Shown: positions 26,887-36,767, counted from the stretch's first letter. The stretch is 64,000 nt of DNA from a virus (IMGVR_UViG_3300036770_008730); one strand, 5' to 3'. Notes: generated from the letters alone by a model not told the origin. Translations and numbers: made by a program.

Positions 26887-27246
26887 ATGGTTTATATTAA
26901 AAAATATAAAAGATTTGTTGAAGAGTTTGTGATGGCTGGGTCTCCAAGACCTGGAACAATTGAGACCCCGGTTGAAACACCTGTTACTCCGGCACTCCCA
27001 ATACCTACTGAGATTCCTGATGAACAAGATAATCCTTTAGCTTCAACTAAAACTGCTCCAAGGCCTGGAACAATTGAGACTCCGGTTGAAACACCTGTTA
27101 CTCCCGCACTTCCTATACCGACAGAAATTCCGGATGAACAAGATAATCCGTTAGCTTCTGCAGAAGATGTTATAAATAGGTTATCATCTATTTATTCCAA
27201 AGAAGATAAAAAAGGTAAATCAGAAATCGATTCTTATTTCTATTAA
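26887..27246 (+). CDS. Pro/Thr/Glu-rich protein with a duplicated 34-aa peptide and capsid-targeting-like N-terminus
   Basis: MVYIKKYKRFVEE; PRPGTIETPVETPVTPALPIPTEIPDEQDNPLAS x2. Confidence 0.7.
   Translation: MVYIKKYKRFVEEFVMAGSPRPGTIETPVETPVTPALPIPTEIPDEQDNPLASTKTAPRPGTIETPVETPVTPALPIPTEIPDEQDNPLASAEDVINRLSSIYSKEDKKGKSEIDSYFY
26944..27159 (+). repeat. 102-nt coding direct repeat (26944-27045 and 27058-27159)
   Basis: Codon-by-codon comparison: identical peptide, 11 third-position differences. Confidence 0.9.
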
Positions 27247-27264
27247 AAAATATAAGCTATAAAT

Positions 27265-28992
27265 ATGAAGTCATTCGATAAATTTCTAAAAGAAGAAGTA
27301 GATTTAAGAGGTAGTAAAGGCATTCCATCAGATTTTATGTCAAAAGCTGAACAAGAAGCTAGATTAAAAAAGGGTGTAAGACCTGACGATGAATCTCAAA
27401 TGAGAAACATTTTACCAAGATTTCAATCTTTAATGGGTGAATCTGGTAGGCTGATGGGAATGAAAAATGGTCAAAGATTGACACCTCAACAAATGGAACA
27501 AAGATCCGCTAAATTAGAGGAATTAGCAAAAAAGGTGATTTTAGAAGAGTTTGGAGATATACTAGCCGAATCATCTGTTCCTGTAGAATTAGATATAAAA
27601 TTAGTTAGAATGGGTGGAGTTGCTCAACAACTTCCTAACATTAGACAAGTTCCAAGAGCTCCTCAACCACCTCAACAGCCTCAACCACCTCAACAACCCG
27701 AGGAATGTGAGGATTGTCAACCTGGACAACAACCACAACAACAAGCTGGTGAGGATTTATCAGCAGCAATTGATAAGAAGAAGATTCTGAATATGATTGC
27801 TCAAGGTGCTGGTAAGAAAACAAAAGATATTATTAGATACTCTGAAACAGTAGAAGAAGGTTTGTCAGAAATATTTGAAAACGATGCAACAACTATTCTT
27901 AATTGTTGGGTTGGCCTTTCTGAAGAAGCTGATAAAATGGACTGGGTTATACCAATTGCATCAAAGGCAGGTATGATGTCAAGTGCTCCTGGTGGAATGG
28001 CTGGTGCTTGTGAGGTTGTTTGGGAAAGTTTGTCTGGTGAGATATATGCTTTCAAACTTATTTTAGAAAAACAAGCAACAAAAGTGATTATCAAAGCTGT
28101 TGGTGTGGATTTTCCTATGTTAATTCATGAGGCAGTTAAAGGTGTTTATACATTTTTACAATCAGTTTCAATTAAAAAAGGAGAAGCTGCAAAATCTGTG
28201 AAAAAAGCAACTTCATCATTTACTGATGAGGCTCAAGACTTTAGATATGGACCACCAGCATTGCAGATGTTAATAGATTTTACTAATAAGTTTCCAGAAT
28301 CGACAAATTACAAACAATTTCAAGCTAAGATTTATAAGTTTTTAGCACACGATAAAGAAAGACATAAAGAACAGTTGAAAAATATTGAAGAAATGGCCGA
28401 GAAGATGGAAGGCGCTCAAAAGGAACAATATAAAGAACTAATCAAAAGGATGAAGAAAAGAGTTGAATTGTATAAGACAGATGCTCAATTCTTAGAAATT
28501 ATGAAAAGTTTATTTTCTACTTTTGATCAAGTTGGTGGTGAGTTCACATTGAATGAAGATAAGTTCAACGAATCTCATGCTAAAAAAGAAATAAAAGAAA
28601 TAGTTGAATTTATTGTTAAAGAAGATGAATATTTGGCTGGTAGAGCTGCTGAATATGAAAGATATAAAAAGGAACAAGAAGAAAGATCTAAGATGTCTAA
28701 AAGAGAAGAAGAGGAAGCAGAATCTGAAATGGATAAACTAATTAAACAATCTCTTTCACGTGAGACAGAAAAGACAGAAGAGAAAGATTTTGAAAAAATG
28801 TCTGATTCTGAATTATCAAAACTTTCACAATCTGAAATACAATTAGCTATTGATAAAGCAGTCGAAGAGGAAAATTATGAGTTTGCTGATAAATTGACTA
28901 AGAAGTTCCTAAAAGGTGAAGCTAAGATAGTATGGGAAAAAGAACTTCAGAGAATTAACGAAATGTATAAATTACACACAAGAAGAAAATAA
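27265..28992 (+). CDS. large hypothetical protein with capsid-targeting-like N-terminus and C-terminal UVR-like helix pair
   Basis: MKSFDKFLKEE; PQ-rich linker; LIHEAVKG; IDKAVEEENYEFADKL. Confidence 0.75.
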   Translation: MKSFDKFLKEEVDLRGSKGIPSDFMSKAEQEARLKKGVRPDDESQMRNILPRFQSLMGESGRLMGMKNGQRLTPQQMEQRSAKLEELAKKVILEEFGDILAESSVPVELDIKLVRMGGVAQQLPNIRQVPRAPQPPQQPQPPQQPEECEDCQPGQQPQQQAGEDLSAAIDKKKILNMIAQGAGKKTKDIIRYSETVEEGLSEIFENDATTILNCWVGLSEEADKMDWVIPIASKAGMMSSAPGGMAGACEVVWESLSGEIYAFKLILEKQATKVIIKAVGVDFPMLIHEAVKGVYTFLQSVSIKKGEAAKSVKKATSSFTDEAQDFRYGPPALQMLIDFTNKFPESTNYKQFQAKIYKFLAHDKERHKEQLKNIEEMAEKMEGAQKEQYKELIKRMKKRVELYKTDAQFLEIMKSLFSTFDQVGGEFTLNEDKFNESHAKKEIKEIVEFIVKEDEYLAGRAAEYERYKKEQEERSKMSKREEEEAESEMDKLIKQSLSRETEKTEEKDFEKMSDSELSKLSQSEIQLAIDKAVEEENYEFADKLTKKFLKGEAKIVWEKELQRINEMYKLHTRRK

Positions 28993-29001
28993 ACTACTAA
29001 A

Positions 29002-31038
29002 ATGAAATTATTCAAATATAATCAGTTTTTAGGACTAAATTCAATTAATGAGAATGTTGCGAAAGCAAAATCTTATCTTAAAGAATTCTACTTGACAGAA
29101 AAGGCTGCAAGAGAATTAGGTTTTATAACCGAAGATATGGATTATGAAAAGAAAGAAGGTGAAAGAAGAGTTTTTCTTATGAAAGACTTTACATCTGAAC
29201 AACAACAACAAATCAAAAATAAAATTAAAGGAAGAGGTGAATTCGAAGGAAAAGCTTTAAGAGTTTCTGATGAAGAAATTCGTAAGATAGAACAAAGTGA
29301 AGAATTTAAATCTGTAAGAGAACTAAAAGCTGAAATTAAAGATGCTGAAGGAAAAGTAACAAAAACCTATCAATTGGATAGAGATAATGCTGGTTGGGTT
29401 TCTCATTTTACTTATTTCTACTACGCTGAGAATAGCTCACTTGAAGCACTTACCAGTATTTATGAACGATTAATTCAATATAAAGATTTATTAGATAAGT
29501 TACCTAAAAAGTTTGATAATAACTTCATTGATGAGTCAATACCTAATGAGGATCATACCCATACGAATGCTGAAGATTTATCTGATGAGTTAGATAAATT
29601 GGTTAAATATAAACAACTTTCTAAAATAAAAGAAAGACTTTTACCACATCTTAAAAGAGATTTAGAAAAAGCATCTGAATTACAGATGAAAGATATGTTT
29701 GAAATTGCTGCCGGATTTGACGAATTTGAGCCAGAAGAAAAAAGAGAAACTATTTGGAAAAACTTCTTTGGTGAAATGGCTGAAGATAGACAACCAACTC
29801 TACCTAATGGTTCTCCTAATCCTAATTTTGGTAAGGTAAGATATATGAGTAGATTAGGTTTAATTAAAGACTTGAATGATTTTATTAAATCGGCAAAAGC
29901 ACATTTAGCTGGTTCTACCAGTGATGGATATAGTGAAAGAATCGATAAGATTAACAAAACAAATGATAGATTCGGGGTTAAAGGTGCAAAAGTGGTATTT
30001 AATGAAAATGGAATTATGGTGGTTAGAGTTTATTCTTATGCTGCAAATAACTTCTTAAATAACTATTGCAGTCATTGTATTGTTAATCGTGGTGAAAATT
30101 ATTGGGATAGTTATGTTGGTGATATGAACGCTCAATATTATCTTTATAACTTTAATTTACCTTCTACCAACCCAAGATGGACTATAGGTGTTTCAATAAA
30201 ACCTGAAAGAACTTATCAAAGTGGTGCTTGTCAAGACATCAGAAATAACTATATTGGTGGTGAATTCAAAACAATGTTAAAACAATGGGAAAAAGAATAT
30301 GAAATTGAAACTGACATTTACAATCAAATTCTTAACCCTCTTACAAGAGAAGAATTAGATAAGATGCAAAGACAAAAATTGGCAGATAGAGAGATTGTTA
30401 AGAAGGGTATTACTATTCAACAAATCAAGCAATTTGTAACCGAGGATGGTGCTAATATCAATAAAGATAACGGTAAAGCCTTATTAAATGCAATAGAAGA
30501 GGATGATGTTGAAAAAATAAAATATATTTTAGATTTAGGAGCTTCTCCAACCTTAGGAACTCCAATGGCTAAGGCTAAAAGCTTAAAAGTTATTCAATTA
30601 CTTGTTGAAGCTGGTGCTCCAGTTGTGAATCAGGTTTTTGATAGTTGTTTTGGTGACTTAGATGCCTTAGAATACTTATTCAAAGCAGGACTTGATCCAA
30701 ATCTTGAACAGCAAAAACCATTTAGAAAAGCTATCAAAGGAACTTGGAGAGATTCCAAAAATCCAGGAGATCCATATTTTGAACAATTCAAAATGATTTT
30801 GAAATATGGTGGTAAAACCCAAGATGATCGTGGTAGAAATACTGTATTAAAATGGTGTGCTGAGTATGGTAGATTTGAAATACTTGACTACATGGATAAA
30901 AATGGTATTAGTAATAAATTCACTGCTGCTGAATATAAAGACTCTTTAACTTGGATAACACACGGTGTTAAAATACCTCAAGATGATTGGGAAAAAATGA
31001 AAGAATATTTAAGTTCAAAGATTGCAGAAAAATCTTAA
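29002..31038 (+). CDS. protein with C-terminal ankyrin-like repeats and capsid-targeting-like N-terminus
   Basis: MKLFKYNQF...INE; GANIN..NG.ALL.A......IKYILDLGA, VIQLLVEAGA, LEYLFKAGLDPN, LKWCAEYGRFEIL. Confidence 0.65.
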   Translation: MKLFKYNQFLGLNSINENVAKAKSYLKEFYLTEKAARELGFITEDMDYEKKEGERRVFLMKDFTSEQQQQIKNKIKGRGEFEGKALRVSDEEIRKIEQSEEFKSVRELKAEIKDAEGKVTKTYQLDRDNAGWVSHFTYFYYAENSSLEALTSIYERLIQYKDLLDKLPKKFDNNFIDESIPNEDHTHTNAEDLSDELDKLVKYKQLSKIKERLLPHLKRDLEKASELQMKDMFEIAAGFDEFEPEEKRETIWKNFFGEMAEDRQPTLPNGSPNPNFGKVRYMSRLGLIKDLNDFIKSAKAHLAGSTSDGYSERIDKINKTNDRFGVKGAKVVFNENGIMVVRVYSYAANNFLNNYCSHCIVNRGENYWDSYVGDMNAQYYLYNFNLPSTNPRWTIGVSIKPERTYQSGACQDIRNNYIGGEFKTMLKQWEKEYEIETDIYNQILNPLTREELDKMQRQKLADREIVKKGITIQQIKQFVTEDGANINKDNGKALLNAIEEDDVEKIKYILDLGASPTLGTPMAKAKSLKVIQLLVEAGAPVVNQVFDSCFGDLDALEYLFKAGLDPNLEQQKPFRKAIKGTWRDSKNPGDPYFEQFKMILKYGGKTQDDRGRNTVLKWCAEYGRFEILDYMDKNGISNKFTAAEYKDSLTWITHGVKIPQDDWEKMKEYLSSKIAEKS

Positions 31039-31044
31039 AAAAAT

Positions 31045-31074
31045 AAACCCTGATTTTTTCAGGGTTTTTTTATT
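31045..31074. terminator. bidirectional intrinsic terminator
   Basis: AAACCCTGA-ttttt-TCAGGGTTT. Confidence 0.8.
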
Positions 31075-31772
31075 ATATTCCAAATCAAGTAAGCATCATT
31101 GCAATCTTCATAAGGCTTAGGAATCGTACTTACCGATTTCAAATCACCACTCACTGATTTACAATGTTTAGCCCAATAGTCATTTAAATTCTCATTTTCA
31201 ATAATAGCTAAAGCCATATCAGTCTTTTGAAACTTACCACCAGGTATACCTATATTGTTTCTAAATTCCTCTGTAATCTTTTTCTTTTTCACTCCAGTTT
31301 CTTTTATAATTGGTTTGTAAGTCAATTTACAAGACTCTAATTTCAAAGTAGATGGTGACATCACAGTTATATCTTGACTTACTTTATCAAATAATTTCTT
31401 TCTTAAAAGAGTGGAAAAAGTTACCAAATCTATTAAATCACCAACTTGAGCACCAAAGTTATATCCTTCAATTCCTACTTTAGTGGGTAATTCAGGATTT
31501 ATTGATTCCAAAATATCACTGATTATTTGGTCAGTTATCTTATCATAATCTTTTAACTTTACCAATTCTCCTTCTGAATATCCATCAAAATTTCTATATT
31601 CAATGAATTTATATTCAACATGCTCTTCCGCCATCTTAAACCATTTAGTCATTCCAGTTTTACCATAAACTTTAGATTCTCTGCAATAGTTTATAACCCT
31701 AAAAGAATCTTTATGAGATACTACTAAGGCAGTTGAAATTAAACTTGGATCGACAGCTACTATATTATACAT
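31059..31772 (-). CDS. RuvC-like (RNase H fold) Holliday junction resolvase
   Basis: VAVDPSL.STA (catalytic Asp), IEGY, P.TLK, K..M, D..DAY. Confidence 0.7.
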   Translation of the reverse strand: MYNIVAVDPSLISTALVVSHKDSFRVINYCRESKVYGKTGMTKWFKMAEEHVEYKFIEYRNFDGYSEGELVKLKDYDKITDQIISDILESINPELPTKVGIEGYNFGAQVGDLIDLVTFSTLLRKKLFDKVSQDITVMSPSTLKLESCKLTYKPIIKETGVKKKKITEEFRNNIGIPGGKFQKTDMALAIIENENLNDYWAKHCKSVSGDLKSVSTIPKPYEDCNDAYLIWNIIKKP

Positions 31773-31807
31773 AAAAGTATATAGTAAAAAAGACTTTCTC
31801 TAAGAAT

Positions 31808-31838
31808 TTTGACTTTTACAGAACATTCCGTATATTTG
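31808..31838 (+). promoter_or_regulatory. Bacteroidota-type sigma70 promoter (-33 TTTG / -7 TAnnTTTG)
   Basis: TTTG 31808-31811, 19-nt spacer, TATATTTG 31831-31838. Confidence 0.75.
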
Positions 31839-31853
31839 TATAAATAAATCACT

Positions 31854-32309
31854 ATGAAAGGTCATAAAATTACAAATACAAAAGATTCTCTTAAATTTAT
31901 GTTTGCTGGTAAATCTATTGTTACCTTCCTAAACTCACAATCTGGTAATCGTTTTACTTTCAAAATAAAAGCCGCTAAAGATTCAAACCTATTTTTTGTT
32001 TCAGTTTTAACAAATCCTGATACTTATACATACATCGGCACTTGTATTGAAGGTCAATATAAACATGGTAAGAAATCTCATATCACAAAAGATGCTCAAT
32101 CTGTTAAAGTATTCGATTTTATGTTGAATAGACTTAAAACAAATAACTTACCTGACTTTTTAGAAGTTTGGCACGAAGGTCATTGTGGTAAATGTGGTCG
32201 TAGATTGACTGTTCCAAGTTCTATCGAGAATGGATTGGGACCAGAATGTATAAAAACTCTTAGTCTAGCAGACAAAAGAGATAAATTCTTAGAAGTGATT
32301 TTAGCATGA
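31854..32309 (+). CDS. DUF6011-like protein with C-terminal zinc ribbon
   Basis: GHCGKCGRRLTVPSSIENGLGPEC; N-terminal T..N..SGNRFTFKI. Confidence 0.7.
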   Translation: MKGHKITNTKDSLKFMFAGKSIVTFLNSQSGNRFTFKIKAAKDSNLFFVSVLTNPDTYTYIGTCIEGQYKHGKKSHITKDAQSVKVFDFMLNRLKTNNLPDFLEVWHEGHCGKCGRRLTVPSSIENGLGPECIKTLSLADKRDKFLEVILA

Positions 32310-32755
32310 TAAAAGTAATATTATCGTTAATTAATATAATACTTCTTTTTGTAACTCTCTTTCGATTCAAAAGAGATATGAGGTGGCAACTAAGGTCTGG
32401 CGCAAATTGTTATAATTGTAAAGAACCAATTGATAATGAAAATTCAAAAAGGTCTTTTTTAGATGAAGATTTTAGATTATGCCAACCCTGTGAAAGAGAA
32501 AGAAAAATAAAAATTGTAAAAAATAAGTTTTCTATTGACACTATTTATATTAAAAAATATTTCTTATCGAAAAAGTTTCACAATGTTCAGTGGTATATGA
32601 TATTTTTTATGATGGTCCTTTTATCAGTTGATTTGTTTGTCTCTATCAATTATAATTCAAATTTAGTTGGATATATTAGCACTAGCTTCAATACCATTTT
32701 TTATATACTTTGGATTTACTCGGTCAATTTAGCCAGAAAACCAAAAGGTAAATAA
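32306..32755 (+). CDS. membrane protein with CxxC-CxxC zinc finger
   Basis: CYNC...CQPC; N- and C-terminal hydrophobic helices. Confidence 0.65.
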   Translation: MIKVILSLINIILLFVTLFRFKRDMRWQLRSGANCYNCKEPIDNENSKRSFLDEDFRLCQPCERERKIKIVKNKFSIDTIYIKKYFLSKKFHNVQWYMIFFMMVLLSVDLFVSINYNSNLVGYISTSFNTIFYILWIYSVNLARKPKGK

Positions 32756-32756
32756 A

Positions 32757-32783
32757 AAACCCTCTATTTTTAGTAGAGGGTTT
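32757..32783. terminator. bidirectional intrinsic terminator
   Basis: AAACCCTCTA-tttttag-TAGAGGGTTT. Confidence 0.75.
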
Positions 32784-32833
32784 AGGGCCGACTTCTCGGG
32801 ATCCACCACTTTGTTTTTTGAAAACAAAGAAAA

Positions 32834-33037
32834 TTACTTTACCTTTTCTATATATTTTATTATTCCACGAACAAAAAGTTCTTTAATTACCGACTCACAA
32901 GTGTAAGTTTTATCAAAATAAAATTCTATGTTATCTCTAATATTTTCTAATCCTGCGTTATATAGTGTGTCAATTGCATAATTTTTAACATCTATATTTC
33001 TTTCAGAAAGAATTTCTTTTATTTTGTGTTTCATCAT
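32834..33037 (-). CDS. small hypothetical protein
   Basis: 67-aa ORF downstream of uvsX. Confidence 0.55.
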   Translation of the reverse strand: MMKHKIKEILSERNIDVKNYAIDTLYNAGLENIRDNIEFYFDKTYTCESVIKELFVRGIIKYIEKVK

Positions 33038-33051
33038 ATAGAAAATTAATT

Positions 33052-34278
33052 TTATTTGAATATATCGTCTGCGTCTGCTGAATCAACAAATCCATTTGAT
33101 TCATCATCGTCTCCTATCATTTGATTGAATTCATTTTCTACTTTATCCATTTCATCAATTGATTTGAATCTAAAATAATCATTTACAATTGGCGCCATTC
33201 TCTCAAGTACTTCTTGTGTGAAGACTTCGGAATTAAATAATTGCTTAGTAGTTAATGATTTATTTAAGTGTCTAACAAACCATCTGTTTCCGCCTGGAAC
33301 GAATTTAATTTCACCAGTTGACTTATCAACATCTTCTTTACCTTGAGCAATTCCAATTTGATTAAAATATTCTGGTCTACAGAAGGCATCTAAACCAGTA
33401 TATGGATTAAGACCATTTAAGAAAGAGATATCAAATCTTATTTTTTTAGGCTTTGCTAAACGATTCTTTTGAGTTTTGAAGAGAACTGAGATACCTGATT
33501 GACCTAAGTCCATATCGTCTTCTTCTCCTGTTTTTAATTTAGATTTAGAAAGGAATCCTAAAACTGATGCTGAATAAACAAGACCCATGCCACCTTTACT
33601 GATTTCCTTAGGGAATAAATCTTGTGTCAAATAGGTATGGTTGCAACAGATCATTGGAATATCAAGGTATCCGAGGTCAGAGCTTATACTTCTGAATAAA
33701 GCATTAAGCTGTTTAGCTCTAGTCATATCTTGTTTTATATCACCTTTTAATAAATCTGCTTTTTCTTTATTAGATGACATCATGCCGATTGAATCTAAAA
33801 CTATTAGAATTTTAGGAATTTCAAAACCACCCAGTTTAGCTTCTTTTAATTCATCTAATAATTGGGTTAAGGAAATATTGATATCTTCAACTTTATTAGA
33901 CCTAATTAGTCTGAATTTGTTAGGATCATTATCTATACCCATTTTGGTTATTCCTTCTAAATCAATTGAATTTTCAGTATCTATATAAATAACAGAGTAA
34001 CCATCTTTTTGAGATGATTTACATATTGAGTAAGCAATAAATGATTTACCAGCTCCTGATTCTCCTAATAGACCGAAAATACGACCTGCTAAGATTCCAC
34101 CGCCAACTAATTTAGCTGATAAGGCAGCGTCTAATAAATAAACACCGGTTGATATGTAGCTTCTTTCTTTAATTTCTTTTTCTATTTGAATTGGAACTGA
34201 TTTTGCTATGTTATCCAAAATAGTTCCTACTTTACTGAATTCAAATTTTTTTGAATCTTTTGATGTAGTCTTTGCCAT
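33052..34278 (-). CDS. uvsX: RecA/UvsX-like recombinase
   Basis: ISTG...LD..L, Walker A GESGAGKS, YIDTEN, Walker B IVLDSIG, NHTY, GG.G..YSAS. Confidence 0.9.
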   Translation of the reverse strand: MAKTTSKDSKKFEFSKVGTILDNIAKSVPIQIEKEIKERSYISTGVYLLDAALSAKLVGGGILAGRIFGLLGESGAGKSFIAYSICKSSQKDGYSVIYIDTENSIDLEGITKMGIDNDPNKFRLIRSNKVEDINISLTQLLDELKEAKLGGFEIPKILIVLDSIGMMSSNKEKADLLKGDIKQDMTRAKQLNALFRSISSDLGYLDIPMICCNHTYLTQDLFPKEISKGGMGLVYSASVLGFLSKSKLKTGEEDDMDLGQSGISVLFKTQKNRLAKPKKIRFDISFLNGLNPYTGLDAFCRPEYFNQIGIAQGKEDVDKSTGEIKFVPGGNRWFVRHLNKSLTTKQLFNSEVFTQEVLERMAPIVNDYFRFKSIDEMDKVENEFNQMIGDDDESNGFVDSADADDIFK

Positions 34279-34392
34279 TGTAATTATTATTTTTTATACT
34301 TTATATATTAAAAATAGACCTCCTGTTTTATAATTGTGAATAATTTTTATCATAAATATCAAATGGTAGAACTAAAATTAATATATACTATT

Positions 34393-35457
34393 ATGAAAAA
34401 ACAATCATTTTTGGAAAAAGCGAGAAATAAACACGGTTATCGTTATGAGTATATTGATTTGCCTGATATAGTTATGCAAAAAGACCTTATAAAAGTAAAA
34501 TATAATGATTCAATTTATGAGCAAAGAGTATTGAAGCATTTGAAAGGTAGTAGGCCTGAGAAAAAAACCGTAAATAAGACCACTGAAGAATTTATAAGAG
34601 AGTCTGTGAAAGTTTGGGGAAATAAGTATGATTATTCTTTAGTTGATTATAAAAATGCAAAAACTAAAGTAAAAATAATATATGATAGCATAGTCTATGA
34701 GCAACTTCCAAACTCACATTTGATTGGATGTCCAGTCGAGGGATATTTAGATCAAGAAGTTTTTATACAAAAGTCCATAAAAAAGTGGAAAAACAAATAT
34801 GGCTACTCTTTAGTAGAATTTGTAAATGCTAATACTAAAGTAAAAATTATTTTTAATGATAAGATATATGAACAAACACCACATAATCATTTAAAATATG
34901 CTCCTGAAAAAAGATTAAATAAAAAAAGCACTGAAGAATTCATAGTTATGTCTAAGGAAATTCATGATAATAAATATACTTATGAAAAGACAAATTACGT
35001 TTCAGATAGAGCAAAAGTTATAATAACATGTCCACTGCATGGAGAATTTGAACAATCATGTAATGCTCACCTCAGAGGTCAAGGTTGTCCTAGTTGTAAA
35101 GAGTCAAGAGGTGAGAAGATAATTTCTTCATTTTTGAATAAATATGATATAAATTTTGTTAGGCAAAAAACATTTCCTGATTGCAAAGATGAAAGTCACC
35201 TTAGGTTTGACTTTTATTTACCAAGTGCTCGGACTTGTATTGAGTTTGATGGTATTCAACATTTTCAACCATTGAAATGCTTTGGTGGTCATGTATCTTA
35301 CTTTAAATTAAAAAATAGAGACAAAATCAAAAACGATTATTGTGAGGATAATTACATCAATTTAGTTAGAATCAGGTATGACCAGATAGATGATATTTAT
35401 CAGATTTTGTGGGAGAATTTAAAGAATTGGATAAAAGTTAGCAATAAGGTCAACTAA
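34393..35457 (+). mobile_element. free-standing homing-endonuclease-like gene (repeated DUF723-like units plus C-terminal Vsr/PD-(D/E)XK-like nuclease)
   Basis: YDYSLVDYKNAKTKVKII-type repeats, CPLHGEF..H..G.GCP.C, LRFDFYLP...CIEFDGIQHF; opposite strand to neighbours; start refined from 34336. Confidence 0.75.
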
Positions 35458-36042
35458 TTTATCCATTAATATTCCTATATTTTCCCTGGTTTCATAATTT
35501 ATTTCAAATGATTCTTTTAGGTATTTTGATAGAAATTCTACTTGTTTGAAATCTCTGTTATCTAGTGCTATATCAATTAGGTCATTGATTTCTCTTTTGG
35601 ACATATTTTCATAGTCTAATTCTTTGAGTTGTTTCCATTCTTCGCCTTCGGAATCCATTTGTTTTTTCATATCTTGAAGAAAATCTATTAGGAAGTGTAT
35701 TGATTTTTCTACACCTTCTTGAAATGATTTATCTATGAATATTGGTCGATTGGTTTTAAGAGTTTTATCGAATTTTTCGAGAATTACTCCTTTGAATTGT
35801 TCTGATAGAGATGGATGGTTATTTACTGATCCGGCAAACATTTCGAATAGAGTGTCGATTAGGTAGTCAGCCCCTTGTTCTAGTTTTTGTTTGTTATTAA
35901 CTATTCTTACCATTTTTTCTACTATGAATACTGGTTCGAGGCTTTTTACAATAGATTTTTTAATCGCCTCGACGCTTGCTTTGAATTCGTCATCGTTGTT
36001 TATGTTTTCTAGAAATAATTTCCAGTTTAATATTTTTTTCAT
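35419..36042 (-). CDS. hypothetical protein with capsid-targeting-like N-terminus (start refined to 36042)
   Basis: MKKILNWKLFLE; DYENMSKREINDLIDIALDNRDFK motif. Confidence 0.65.
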   Translation of the reverse strand: MKKILNWKLFLENINNDDEFKASVEAIKKSIVKSLEPVFIVEKMVRIVNNKQKLEQGADYLIDTLFEMFAGSVNNHPSLSEQFKGVILEKFDKTLKTNRPIFIDKSFQEGVEKSIHFLIDFLQDMKKQMDSEGEEWKQLKELDYENMSKREINDLIDIALDNRDFKQVEFLSKYLKESFEINYETRENIGILMDKLVDLIANFYPIL

Positions 36043-36084
36043 CTCTTTTTTATGGATTTTCATTTCAGATATGAATCATTGATT

Positions 36085-36753
36085 TTATTCCTTTTTTGGA
36101 TTAATCTTATAATAAAGAATAACTCCTAAAATTAAGATGTTAGTTGCGTAATTTAGTAATAAAGGTAAATCTAATTTATCATATACATATGCTAAGGCAA
36201 ACACTTCACCGAAAGTCCAAAGTAAAATGAATCCCCAAGAAATACCTTCAGAGTTTTTGTCTTTGTATGATTGCCAAGCTTGAGGTAATCCACATATTGC
36301 TAAACATATTGATCCTAACCAACCTAAGATTTCGAATATAGTCATTGATTTAACTTTATCTGTTATGGTGGATGCTGATACTTCTTCTAATTTATGTTCT
36401 GGTATTCTATACCCATATTTATCTTCAACATGGTTTATAAGTTTGTGAGATAGTTCTATTAATTTAGCGGAATCTTTATTTCCTAGATTAGTTTCAATTT
36501 CAAAAAGTATATTAGAAAGTTGTTCGTCATTGCTTTTAGTTTTTCTGATTGTTGAGATTTCTTTTACTTTATCTATTGTTTCTTTTGCATTTAATTTAGT
36601 CTCTGAAGATTGTTCAATTTGATTTGTATTAGATGCAATTGTTTGTTGAGGTTGTGATACTGCAAGAGTTGTTCCTAAGGCAGCTGTGGTTAGTGCTTTT
36701 CTGAGGTCAATTTCTTCATTGATGAAATCGTTATATCTTTTAACCTTTTGCAT
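36085..36753 (-). CDS. PQ-loop (SemiSWEET-like) membrane protein with an N-terminal extension
   Basis: ILGWLGSICLAICGLPQAWQSYKDKNSEGISWGF... three TM helices; N-terminus MQKVKRYNDFINEE. Confidence 0.8.
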   Translation of the reverse strand: MQKVKRYNDFINEEIDLRKALTTAALGTTLAVSQPQQTIASNTNQIEQSSETKLNAKETIDKVKEISTIRKTKSNDEQLSNILFEIETNLGNKDSAKLIELSHKLINHVEDKYGYRIPEHKLEEVSASTITDKVKSMTIFEILGWLGSICLAICGLPQAWQSYKDKNSEGISWGFILLWTFGEVFALAYVYDKLDLPLLLNYATNILILGVILYYKINPKKE

Positions 36754-36767
36754 TTCTAAAGTATATA

